DNA of 64,000 nucleotides. Origin: Bispira polyomma (Eukaryota). Position 1 is the first letter of the stretch. Each line of letters begins with the position of its first letter. Below are positions 24,310 to 36,878 of this stretch, in pieces. The DNA lies in assembly GCA_965649765.1 (NCBI GenBank), contig OZ287757.1, positions 23,436,001-23,500,000 on the forward strand, given 5' to 3'. The notes under the pieces were generated by a model. It was not told where the DNA came from. It was given only the letters and a program-made list of their open reading frames with translations, and did not search any database. The translations under genes were made by a program, and so were the position numbers.

Positions 24310-24662
24310 CCGTGGCCTAGTGGTTAGGAAGTTGGTCTGATGATCAGAAGGTCATGGGTTTATTCATGGTATCTGCCGCTAGTTTCATTGATGGGATAAC
24401 ACCCTTGAGCAAGATGTGTGCACATGTTTGCCTAGTGGCTTAGATGACCACTTAAAACAGCCGTCCTCTGTCACTGGGTCCTATTCCCAGTAGCAGGCTA
24501 AAGATCCTTGGGGATGTTGATAAATGATCATGATCAAGCCTCTCTCTTCAGTTAGGGGAATGACAGTAACTGAGCCAGTTTACTGTTGTAGTCAGGAAAG
24601 GGTTATTAACACTCTAAAGACCAGATTAAAGTAGAGATATGCGCTGAGTATAAATATAAAAA
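24310..24662 (+). mobile_element. tRNA-headed SINE of a second family (CORE-like box)
   Basis: CCGTGGCCTAGTGGTTAG head, CCCTTGAGCAAG box, GCGCT..TATAAAT tail. Confidence 0.55.
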
Positions 24663-25548
24663 CAAAAGTTTTAATCGCACTGGGAGTGCTTTCAATTTAT
24701 CCCAACCCTTATCCGTTATTTTAATCCTTGTTTTATTAATTTTTAGTGTAACTATGTGATCATGTATACTTGCCAAAATTCTACTATATCTTAATGTTAC
24801 TCACTTACTGAATTATAAATAGAATCATAGTATATTTCGTACTTATACTACATAAGGAAGTGAAAAAAACACTAAAAAATGAACATGTAAACATAATTAC
24901 ATATAATTACAACTAAAATACACATACAGTTATAGTTATTATTACATTCTAAGTTACATCGAGTAGTACATAAAAAAATATGGTTTTAATGATTTCAATT
25001 TTTATAAAATATGAGCAATTGGTGGAAGTAAGAGGTCTCTAATATTTCCAGCTATCATGGCATTGTAACTCAGTCTCAAGAATGGCCCACACGTTATCAT
25101 AGTGGATATATCAGATTTGAAAAGAATTGTATCTGTCTTTATTAAAACAACAGACAAATCAAACTTACATTATTACTAACAGAAAAACAACTTTATTGTT
25201 TAACTAACTGGTGGTACATATACTGGAGAGTTATTGTTATTTAAATACTGAATAATTCATAATGGATGTGACGTATTTGTAGTATACGATAAACAGCGAA
25301 ATCAGTACTGACTAAAAATTGTTATGGTTGCTTATTTTTGGAGATGCGGTAGTTAATTTTCAGACTGCCAGGGGTTGCTTATTTTTGGGATGAGTTTTAG
25401 TGGGATGGGATGTTCTTCAGTTGGTCGAGTACTTAGTGTTCGAAATATAACAAAACCTCAAATTGAGCTTTGATGCTTTCAAGAATACTCCATATTTTGG
25501 AAACTGGATTTGGGATAGTTTAGGATTTATTATGTCTCCGAAAGGGAC

Positions 25549-25737
25549 ATTAATCACTTCGTAGATGGTTGTGCATCCGCAAATTTGATGTCATGTGGGT
25601 AATCTTCAGGGTAAACAAAGTTTTGAATTTTCGGTTATTTTTTGGAAACATTCATTCAAAGCATTTCATGTTTATCCCAAAAATTACCCACAATACATCA
25701 AATTGGTGGATGCGTGACCATCTATGAAGTAATAAAT
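25549..25737. repeat. Imperfect inverted repeat (~68-bp arms), probable MITE
   Basis: The arm at 25549-25617 is the reverse complement of 25669-25737, with mostly transition mismatches. Confidence 0.75.
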
Positions 25738-28240
25738 ACACAACAGAAAATCTCTCTTGAAGGCCACAAGAAATATAAGTAAATGCGGTCCAAAAAGCCA
25801 AAAGTTAATTTTTCTATGGGATTTCTGCTAGTGTTGATTGCTTGTGTCAGAGATGTTCCATCTTTAAAATGCCCTTGGTTCTGGAAAAAAAAATACATTA
25901 ATATTTTAATTTTTCTGGTGTCTATATTTTAGTTTGGAAATTGTGTACAGGGTCCAGGCCCCAGGAGTTTCCAGTTTATTTTTCGATTGATAGTTTATGT
26001 GAATGTATTTAACTGGTTGATGGAATGTATGCATTTGTATATATATGTAAATGAACTTTGTATGAATCTGTATTTAAGTGATTGGTGGAATTTATGCATG
26101 TGTATATTTCTGTAAATAAATTATATATATATTCTAGCCTTCAATCCTCCCTTTCTCACTCTCTCCATTCCCTTATTCTTCATGACCCTTTACTCTATCT
26201 CTGCATCTTCCATAAGATTTCCTTTACTTTATTTTTCTTTTTATTCTATGTTTGTGGCTTTTGAATCACTATAGCATTCCTAGTTCCTGTGTTTGTAAAA
26301 CAATAACATTCAAAATTTCCCATTATTATTTTTGGATAATAACTCTGGCATGAAGGCATTGTCTCTTATTTTTGTACAGATGTACCAAGGTGGTCTTCCA
26401 AAAATAATTCAGACTGTATTGACCATTTTATGACTAAGTATGACAATGCAGTAACTACATGTGGATGTACCAAGTACTCTACAACATGATCACTGTGTAG
26501 CTCTCATCAGAACAACGAAAACCAAAAAAAAAAAAAAAAAAAGAAAAGGAAAGACAGTAAGTATAACATGAAAAAAATAACGAAAAGAGAGGGTAGCATG
26601 GAAATGGCAGGAAGGACTTACATACTGCATTGAAGAAACTACATTAATTAATTAACTTAATTTATGTATAAATTAAGATAATATTTGAAGCAATTGGCTC
26701 TTAAAATTACATGACAAGTAAATTATTCATACGGCACCAACCATAATTTAATTATTTCTATGAATTACTCATGCAGTTTGTTAATTTCAAATATTTCTGT
26801 TTATTTGGGTAATTGTTAAAAACCTAAATAGTTGCTTTCCTTCTGCACTGCTTTGGTAAGGAAGGGTTAAGGTGGAAAGGTAAGACAGTTGCTGAAATAT
26901 AGTAGTTTGCGATTTTGTGATAGTATAGTGATTCAGTGAGGATGGCAAAGGAAAGGGAGAAGGACAGTGCCTCCCCTAAAGTTTGGATTTATGAATTAAC
27001 AAAATAAAAACACCATTCTTTGGGCATATTAGTTTAATTCACCAAAGTTAAATCCACAGATGATGTATAAATTGTAATATCATTAACTAAAAACTAAGAC
27101 CACCTTAAATTAATGTTGAATTGAAGAGCATGACTTAAAGTCCATGCCTGAGTTTACGTGGTTTACTTAACTTAATTTAAGATTACATTACAGTTTAAGT
27201 TATGTCACTTTACTAATGTTATTACTTGATTTAAGGTTACCTTACAGGTTTAAGTTCCGTAAGGTTAATGTGGCCTTAAGTTTTGACTAGTAGTACACGT
27301 AAGTTATATATGGTGTATATCAATGACATTTAAGTTTATTGTGTCAACTAAAAACATCAACATAGTAAAAACAGAAGAACCCTCTAGCTAAAACTACACC
27401 TACACTCACATACAGACAACACAGTCCATGGAAAGTCTCTTACGTGCCACTGCCTGTTCCGATCTAGCTATGCCTTAAATGACTACCGTAGTAGCCCCTT
27501 ATTACATAAATCGGGCATTACTACATAACACTGTGTAAAGCCTGTGCCTATGCCTGAGGTCACACACATGTATACATTATATAACAGTACTTACACAACA
27601 ATTAGTCAACATCAATTCATAATAGAATACCAAGACACTGGTGAGGTGGGAGGGAACTTTTTTGTTAAATTGGCATATTGCCTTCTTGGTTTCTAAATTT
27701 ATAATGGAATTATGTAGAAAAAGCGGGAAAGACTTGGGGTCATGACCCTAATGTAGCCAATTAGAATTTGGACAAGATTAGTTTTAGCAATACTTTTGGT
27801 AGCACTGAAACTGCTGAGGCCCCGACCTCACCATACATAGTGCCTCCCCCAAAGTGTGAATTTATGAATAAACAAAATAAAAACACCATTCTTTGGGCAT
27901 ATTAGTTTAATTCACTAAAGTTAGATCTTCAGATTATGTACAAATTGTAATATCGTTAAGTAAAAGCTAAGACAACCTTAAATTAATGTTGAATTAAAGA
28001 GCATGACTTACAGTCCATGCCTGAGTTTACGAGGTTTACTTAACTTCATTTAAGATTACATTACAGTTTAAGTTATGTCACTTTACTAAAGTTATTACTT
28101 GATTTAAGGTTACCTTACAGGTTTAAGTTCTGTAAGGTTAAGATGGCCTTAAGTTTTGACTAGTAGTACATGTAAGTTATATATGGTGTATATCAATGAC
28201 ATATAAGTTTATTGTGTAAACTAAAAACACCAAACCCCAA

Positions 28241-29195
28241 CTAGGAGGTAGTAAAGGAAGGGTGGTGTAATGAGTTTTGAAAAGCTAACGCCACCTGGTC
28301 AGAGGAGTCATGATGCTGGATAATGTAGCGCCAGACATCTGATGACCAAGTACCATGACTTTGAATATTTTGAATAGGAACATTATTAATAAGGGCCCAG
28401 GTTGCTCCAGAACGTCTAAAAGAGTGAAAAGTGATTTTAAATCTTGAAGGCAAAGATCTTTTAAAATTATGGTCAAATTAAGTCTGACATTGGAATCAGT
28501 CATAGGAAGCCACGAGGCCAGGGTTTTACATTGAAACAGTGGTGAATTTCTCTGATGGCAATAACACTGGCAATGGCAGCCACTCGACACAGTGGGGAGG
28601 GCCCAAGCGAGGGGATCTAGATAAGTCTGACAGTATCCCTGCGCTGTAACGTCTTACTCCATTTAATTGGTACATGAATGACAGGAGGTGCAAATAAAAT
28701 GTCGCCTCTAGCCAGGTGTTGTAAGGCTGAGTAAGAGGCAATGGAGTGGGGAACTAAATTTGATATTCTCAAAAACGGGAAGTATGCTAAGAGGTAAATG
28801 GCTTTGTAGACCTGACCCATGTACATAAAGTCACATTTCCTGATAATTTGAAGAAGCAATGGAATGTCAATTATAGATTTCAGTTGTACTTTGAATTGTT
28901 TGATGCAAGGCAATTGCTTTTTGAAAATATTTTATTCTAGGTTCCATAAAAGCTGAGGTGTCATACAAGCAAAGCTTTGCCTTGACAGCAGCCAGATAAT
29001 TTCCTATGCCTGAATGAGAGGTGTTGTTTTCAACAAACACCTCAAGGAAAGCTAATAGAACTTTAGGTGTGATTGGTTGGATTGAAATGTTTGCAAACAC
29101 AATAATCTAGGAAGATTTTTGGGTGGAAGGCCTAAAAGCCGTATGAGCCCTGTCAGCTGCTCTGCCAGCAGCCTTTGCCAGCCAGGAAGTTGTAC
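28241..29195 (-). pseudogene. Ngaro-2 tyrosine recombinase remnant
   Basis: ORF pieces 28867-29100, 28617-28913 and 28241-28453 with R-H-R-Y motifs. Confidence 0.9.
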
Positions 29196-29208
29196 CTATA
29201 AATTAGAA

Positions 29209-32200
29209 TCAGATACCCCAATCAAGTTGGGTGGCTTCCACCCCAACAGATAACCATGTTGGTTGTGGTATAAATTTTTGTAATTTACTTGTAGGTTCAG
29301 TGGTTATCACCCATCTTGACAGCAAGTCTGCCACTTCATTATTTTTACCTAGGACATGTATAACTCGCAGGTCAGTGTCTGCCCTGGCAGCTTCCATCTG
29401 GATATTTTGAGCCATGGCTGCAAGTGTAGGATTCCTAGTTTTACCATTGCTAAGTACCGAGACTACCGCATGATAGCCACATAATACCACCATTTTACTT
29501 CCTCTCCAATGGCAGCCCCATAAGCGAATAGCAACCAGAATGTTGATCATCTCCGGGTGAACAATGGAGAAATTTTTAAAGCCTAGGGGAAGTGGTAAAG
29601 TGTACACCTGGCTGCCCCAACGCCCACCCAAACCTTGTGTCTAATTCTATACCAGTTTTCGTGATTGTATGATAGAAGAAAGCAACCCCATTGAATTGTG
29701 AAATAAATTTACTGAACCATGCCTGATCTTGCTTAAATTCAGCCGTTAATGGGATGGATTTGTCGTCATAAGCAGAGCGAACTACATCTAGCATTCTATT
29801 TAAAAAGAAGCGTGAGATCTTTACACACTTCGAGACATCTAATAGACTTTCTGGTAACGACTGTAGATCTCTTTTTGAGCAGTGTATTTTGTGAAGCAAC
29901 TTCAGACAGACATTTTTTAATGTCACTCAGTTTTTCAGGTGGAATTGACACAGTAAAATTTTCTGTGTTTATTAGTACTCCCAAGCATGTAACGCTAGCA
30001 GCTGGACTAAAATGTTTTTTCTGGCTAATAGCAAAACCTAGGTCCATTAATAGATCATGGAGGGTTTTAAATGATTTTTCTGTTGTACTAGGGGTGCCAT
30101 AACCTATGACGTCATCGATATAGTTGGTAACTAGAGAACCCTTTTGACATGATAAACCCGACGGCGTCACTTAGGTGTTGGAATATCACACTTCTGTGCC
30201 AGAACTCAAAGGGCAGGCACGTATCCACATAATAGTCGTCTAGTTATCGGTTATCATTCATTCCTAGTTTCCTCCTTTTACAGACACCCATCCCTTCTTT
30301 AACTAGTTTTACTCAAGAGTTTTCCGAATTCCTAGAGACTCTTAACCTTCTCCCATTTGAAGCTATCATCCTTGGTGATTTCAACATCAAGCTTGACATA
30401 GAAAATACTACGACAAAAGATTTCAACACCCTCCTCGACACTTTTGGGTTCTCACAGTTTATCTCTACTTCAACCCACATCCACAATCACATACTCGATC
30501 TGGTAATCGCAAGACCAAATTCAAATCTCATCAGAGAATCATGGGTAACTGATGGGATTTTAGATCACCTAGCAACCTTCACCTATTTAAATTTACCAAT
30601 ACCTGCCTCACAAAAACCGTGTGTCATAAAATACAGAAACATCAGAAAAATCAATATAAACAAATTTAGAGACAATATCCTGGAAACTAATCTCATCAAA
30701 CATCCATGCAAAAATGCTGAAAGCCTTAGCTTACAATACAATCACTGCCTTTCTACTGTCCTTGATAAACATGCGCCATGGGTATCAAAAACCCTTCCCC
30801 CAACTAACACCCATGAATGGACCAATGCCGCCATTACAGAGGCCAAAAGACGCAAACACCAACTTGAGCATCAATGGCGACGCACAAAATCCTCCGTTAC
30901 CGTATCGCCACAAATAATTACAACAGGCTAATAACTGATGCCAAAAAGCAACACTACGACTCTATCATCACCGAAAATCAGGATAATCCCAAAAGGTTAT
31001 GGGCCTCCAAAAACAAAATTCTACATCGAACATCAGATAAAGTTCTCCCCATAAACCACTGCCTTACTTTTTTAGCAGAAAAATTTGGAAAATTTTTTAT
31101 AGAAAAAATCAGCAACATTCGTGACGCCTTCCCAACGATACATCACTTCAATCCTCCAGCCCCAGGATATAAGGTTTGTAACCTGTTTCATTTTAGTACA
31201 CTGTCAGAGCTTGAAGTTCTGAAACTCATCAAATCCTCTACTATTAAATCTTGTGACTTAGATCCCATCCCAGCAGTTATACTGAGTCAATGTCTTGACA
31301 TTCTTGTCACACCCATAACAAATATATTAAATTTTTCTCTTCGGGATGGTGTTTTTCCCACCTGTTTCAAGACGGCAAATGTAACTCCCTTGATTAAAAA
31401 ACAAGGGCTTGATAAAAACCAGCTCAAAAACTATAGACCGGTGTCAAACCTCAGCTTCGTCTCAAAAGTCATCGAGAAAGCTGTAGCTAAACAAATTTCT
31501 GACCACCTTAATAGACGAAACATTGAAAATCGCCACCAGTCTGCTTATAGAAAATTTCACTCTACAGAAAGTGCCCTTTTTTTCATCAGCAATGATATCA
31601 ATCTTGCACTGGACCGCAATGACACAGTGTCCCTCACCCTTCTGGATCTCTCAGCTACATTCGACACTATTGATCATGTCCTGCTCTGCGACACTCTCAA
31701 GCAGTGGTTCGGTATAAATGGCAGTGTCCTTAAATGGATCAGATCCTACCTTACTCTTAGGGCACAAAGAATTAAACTAGATGATCATCTTCGATAAAAC
31801 TTCCATATGGAGTACCCCAGCAATACGTCCTTGGTCCTCTACTTTTCACTCTTTATACACATCCTCTCAGCACTGTCATCAATAAACACAATATAAAACA
31901 CCACATGTATGCAGACGACACTCAAGTCTATCTCTCCCTCAATCCACAAAACGCAGATACTAACATAGACCTACTTGCAGACTGTCTGTCTGATGTCCAG
32001 GCGTGGATGAACTACTCCAAACTAAAGCTTAACCCGGACAAAACAGAATTCATCCTCATAGGAAACAAGAAAAACAGTGAACTCCTAAAATCTTTGTTTC
32101 CCATCTCCCTGCTGGGAAAAGACATACTACCTTCCGAAAATGCTAAAAACCTGGGTGTCACTTTTGATTCAGCTTTTTCGTTCGATACTCATATTGCCAA

Positions 32201-33240
32201 CATCTGTCACTCCTGCTATTACCACATACGCGACATCAAAAGAATCAGAAACCACTTGTTCATGGACACAGCGATAACTGTGGCAAATGCCCTTGTGAGT
32301 AGCCGCCTCAACTACTGCAATTGTCTCTTGTACGAAGCAAACAAGTCAAACATTAAAAAGCTCCAGTCCATCCAAAACTACCTATGTAGGATCATTTTTC
32401 ACCTGGGTTGTCGCACAGACATCACTCCTTACCTCAAAAAATTACACTGGGTGCCCATTAAATCTCGAATTTTGTTTAAGATTCACGTTACCACTTTTAA
32501 GGCTGTAGTCACTCAACAGCCACCCTAACTTGCCTCCCTTCTTTCCTTCAGTAACCGCAAGAGAGGCAACAGACTCTCTGTCACTTCGGTCAGACCAATC
32601 AGAAAGGCGGGTTTCAGAGCGTTCTCCACTGCAGCTCCACAGTTATGGAACAGTCTCCCAGTTGACCTCAGATCAGTTGACACACTTATCAGTTTTAGGA
32701 AAAAGCTTAAAACATATCTTTTTAATCTTGCCTACCCACCTTAGCTTTCCTTGTGCACGCTTCCACTTCCTTCCTTACGACTTTGCAATTTCCATGGACT
32801 TAATGATTGCACTAATGATTCTGCTGTTGCGCTTTAGAAGATGCCTAGCATCAATAAAGCGCGTTAAAAATCTACAATAATAATAATAATAGTTTCAAGC
32901 TTAATAGATCATAGTTTTTAGGACCCATTTTGACATGCCGGAACGCCCGGCTGATGTTAATTTTGTACAGTAGTAAGCCTTTGCCCAAGTGCTTGACTTT
33001 ATTGGTAAAGTCGTCTATAGTAGGTAAGGTAAGCCTGAAAGGAGTACCTATGTAACTGTTTTTGAGAGCCCCTGCATTAACCGAGTGACCCAAGGGAAAA
33101 CTAAGGTCAATTATGACCCTTCTGTAGGCACCACACCGTTTTCCTTGGTAATGAATGGTGAAATATGTAAATCTTTTATTGGTGGTTTTTCAAAGGGACC
33201 TAATATAGCTTTGAACTGCTTTTCTTCTTGTATCTATCTT
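29209..33240 (-). pseudogene. Ngaro-2 pol (RT/RNase H) remnant, split by an L2 insertion
   Basis: VIIDLSFP, LPTIDD and KINISRAFRH at 33093-32891; resumes in frame DDYYVDTCLPF at 30240; then NYIDDVIG and ADLLSRW. Confidence 0.88.
30246..32889 (+). mobile_element. L2-clade LINE family X copy 2 (partial APE + RT), inserted antisense in Ngaro-2 RT
   Basis: APE motifs ILGDFN and THIHNHILDL; RT ORFs 30874-31797 and 31905-32528 (YADD); (TAA)n tail; flanking tagtt repeat at 30241-30245 and 32890-32894. Confidence 0.93.
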
Positions 33241-35694
33241 ATCTACTGACGTACGCATGAGATCCCTATTTTTAGGCTTCACCTGCAACTGCAACTCATA
33301 TTTGTAATCAGTGTTGATTTTACTTAAGCTATCACCTTTAAAGTCAAATTCACCTCGTCCAATGAGTTAAGCTCTATTCGTAGCATTGTACACAACCTGA
33401 TTACTTGAATTATTGCTTAGTTTTGCATTGCTTTTGTTTTGACCCTTATGGGGCTCCACAGTGGGATGATTTGATTCACCCGCTTGGTAACTAAGGTGTC
33501 TTCACTTTGTAATTGCTCTACGGGTGCCAACCGATTGTACAGTATAGGCGCCCAGCCATTTAGAGTGTCACTTTTAATTGGTTTACCTCGCCCTGAGTGT
33601 TTTTTGACATCACTTTCCCGGTGGGGGGGGGGGGGGGGGGGGGTAAAAGCCTTATTGTCGCTTTTGTCCTTTTTGGAGACAATGGGGCCACCACGCACCT
33701 TTGTTGGTGGGTGACATGGGCTTTTTCTGAAATTTTTTGTTACCATACATTTGTTACTGTTTTCACACTTTTTCTTCTTTGCACAAACATTATTTGACAT
33801 TTTTTGAAAGAACACGCTGGTTTTTGAGACTGGTTTTTTATTTTTGTTCCGAATAATTATATCCTTTTATTCCCTTCCCGCAACACTTGTGCATAAGAAA
33901 TTTGATTTACTTTATTCCACTCGTGTCTCCAGGTCCAGCTCGCCCTTTCAGACATATCACTATTTACATATAGTTTAGTGTGGAATTTCTGGACTTCCAA
34001 CAGTGGCTTAAGGCCAAGATACTTTACTTCTTTAAACTTTCTATGCACTGCCCCATGGCAGTGCTCTACTCTTTCTTTTAACTTAAATTTTGATTTAAAC
34101 CTTATTTACATTCTTTTGGCGGGTGTGTGTTGTTTGCCATAAAAACAGCACATGTTGCACACACGTGGGATTATAATTGGCCCCCTGACCCATGGTCGGA
34201 CTTGTGAGAACACGCCCCCCCCCCCCCCCTTCAATAAAATCTGCAAGGAATTGCTGCAGTTTTGTCTTTACCATATTTTTTGGCCAAACTCCCCCCAGTT
34301 TGATTAAAGACCTTGTGGGCATGGGCCCTTCTGATTCTCTTAATCTGGATTGTGTCACCCCAAGTGACCTTTCTGTCCTCCATCCTACAGAAAAAGACAG
34401 TATGAGCTCCCTTGGTGGCAAACCAAGAAAAATCAGGGCTGTCCTCTATTATATCATTGAGGTAGTGTGGTTTTTGGTAGCCATGTCGGATTCTGCGGGT
34501 ATTATAGCGCTAAATCCAGCTATCCACTGGGCTATTGACAGCTGGTCATAACTGACCCTCCCTTTGTTATTCCCCCCTAAGACATAACTCTGAGGCCATG
34601 GAACTTGTCGCTTAACACACACAGTCTCTGAACCACCTCTTTGTGACTTAAACCTACCCGACTCGTTCAACAAGACCAGCTCCTTCAGTCTGTCATCTAC
34701 CTGGTACTGGGCTGTCTGTGAATGTCTCAGCACTGCCAGAGAAGGGATCACCAAGTCGTCATCCACAGTCGACCTTGAAAAGCCGTGGAAGGGGTTTTAG
34801 TTGAATCATATTGTGGGGCCGAAGCCCCTACTTTGTCACCATAGTTCACTTTTGTTCTATTTTGGACATACGCCCTCCCAATTCCTTCAATTCCTCTAGG
34901 ATTCTTTCATTCACCGTATTCACTGACGAGTGTTCACTTGCCATATAGGAATTATCCAACTCATCCCCAGAATTTTGAATTCGTCTGGTTGTAAATTTGG
35001 TGTATAAGATTAAAATTGTATAATAAATTGTAAATAAAATGGTAAAATGTTATAATAAAAGGATAAAAGCACTTTCTCTAACAGAGCTCAACGAACAGTA
35101 CAGGCATGACTCAAAACATGAGTATTTTAACAATCTTTCACACAGGTACCAGCACCACTAACAGCAAGATGCTCCATGTTTTCACCAGAATATCCACTAA
35201 CTGTGCCTGACTCTAACATATGAAGACAGTACAACACTTCGGAATTCCAATATAAAACTTTTTTGTTGAAATTGCGTCTTGCCTCCTTGGTTTTTAAATT
35301 AATCATGGGATTATATAGAAAAAGCGGGAAAGACTTGGGGGTCATGACCCAAATGTAGCCAATTAGAATTTGGACAAGAATAGTTTTAGCAATACTTTTG
35401 GTAGCACTGACCCTGCTGAGGTCCCGACCTCACCATACAAAGGGATCCGTTGTCAAAATTAATGGCCCATGTTTTGGCTCATATGTCGAAGTTTGGTCTG
35501 GTGAAGGGTGTTGGTTTTGATATGAGCCAGGTGCCACAGTACCAGCATGTTCGAACGTCTGTAAGAACAGTAGTCTTGGAAGTAGATGAGGATGTGGAGG
35601 TGCCAAGTTTGAATTCTATCCATTTCGAAAATATGACAATGCCGATTCTATTAACCATTCCATTATGTGTTATAATTTTACAACTTGTTAATCT

Positions 35695-36200
35695 ATTTAA
35701 GGTCACCTTATAGTCGAAATCATCTTCTAACCTTAACTTCTCTCACTAAGGTGGCCTCATTTATATTAAAGATAAATTTTGCCCAGTTGCATATATCTGC
35801 AGTGATAGATTAAAGATATATATCCCAACTGTCGTCTTATTCCAAGGTCATAATGTATCTTAAGCTCAGGGCAATAAGTAAGTTATATTCACTCGAAAGT
35901 TACCTTTGACTGATAAGAAAATAAGTGATATATATTATTGATAAAAAATTACCCCCAAAAGAGTAAAAACGTTAATAACCTCCTAGCTAAATAAAATAAA
36001 AAGAATGTCCAATCTAAAGTCCATGCACTCAACTAAAAACCTTCAAACTATCATAAGGGAACCAGCAAACATTAACATGCATACAGACAAATCACAAAAA
36101 TCAAGTAGGCAGCCTGGATTTTGACAGTTCATGCATCTTATAAGATGACATTGGCTGCGGCTGCTGAGACTGACGTGCGTTGTGACTTCTCCAGTATAAT
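35695..36200 (-). mobile_element. Remnant of another Ngaro terminal/spacer region
   Basis: GGTCACC/GGTGGCC motifs. Segments ccccaaaagagtaaaa and catgcatacagac are reverse complements of the Ngaro-1 spacer (9043-9055, 9179-9196). Confidence 0.45.
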
Positions 36201-36809
36201 CTATAACTACAGAACTCAGTGTATTTTGGATACGTATTCATACACAACATACTTGGAAATGCTGAAGGTTCGAAAGTGAGATCTAAAGTTAAAAGCTTAA
36301 ATTTTGATGAAAACCCTCAAGGTTGTTCCTAACTAAAGAAAAGAACACGAGTTAGTTTCAGGAGTTAGACGTTATAAAGACTTTACTCGTGGTCCTCCTG
36401 TCCTGTTTCATTTCATTTATAATTTTGGTCCCACACAGATGATTCATTTTCTGATTAACTGGCCAAACACAGGTGGTGGAAGTCAGATTCCATCTTTCGA
36501 TCTATACTCTGCATCACTTTGGAGTTCCACAAGCATCTTTCCTGGGTCTCTTACTGTTTTAAACTCTACACTACACCCTGTAGTTTTATATTCCATGTGA
36601 AATGCCACTTGTACATGACACACAGCTTATAACAAACACATGTAATAGTAACCAAGACTCTAAGTACTTAAAAAAATATTAAGTCAAAACTTTTCAGTTA
36701 ATCATGCAATCATGCAGCACCGGCTTTGTGGAAATCCCTTCTTTAAGTCCATCCATCAGGATCAATTTTTTCTGACTGCCCATGGTACCACACTGTTTCC
36801 TGACAACTC

Positions 36810-36878
36810 TCTGTTGTTGCACTTTAGAAGATGCCTCGCATCAATAAGGTGCGTTAAAAATCTATAATACAATACAAT
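36810..36878 (+). mobile_element. 3' tail fragment of L2 family X
   Basis: ctttagaagatgcctcgcatcaataaggtgcgttaaaaatcta matches 32832-32875. Another such fragment is at ~45425-45500. Confidence 0.7.

Larger units (their letters stand above)
26964..35439 (-). mobile_element. Ngaro-type YR retrotransposon copy 2, with both termini and full split direct repeats (decayed ORFs)
   Basis: A1 35257-35439; gag ~34944-34400; pol ~33240-29209 (interrupted by a LINE); YR 29195-28241 (LRISNL, FHSFRRSGAT, HGTWSSD.WRY); B1 27839-28233; A2 27655-27837; B2 26964-27360. Confidence 0.92.

Noticed and set aside
35450-35713. Short ORFs flanking the 5' end of Ngaro-2 as an accessory gene
   Set aside because: They lie outside the A1 repeat boundary and have no recognisable domain in any frame I read.
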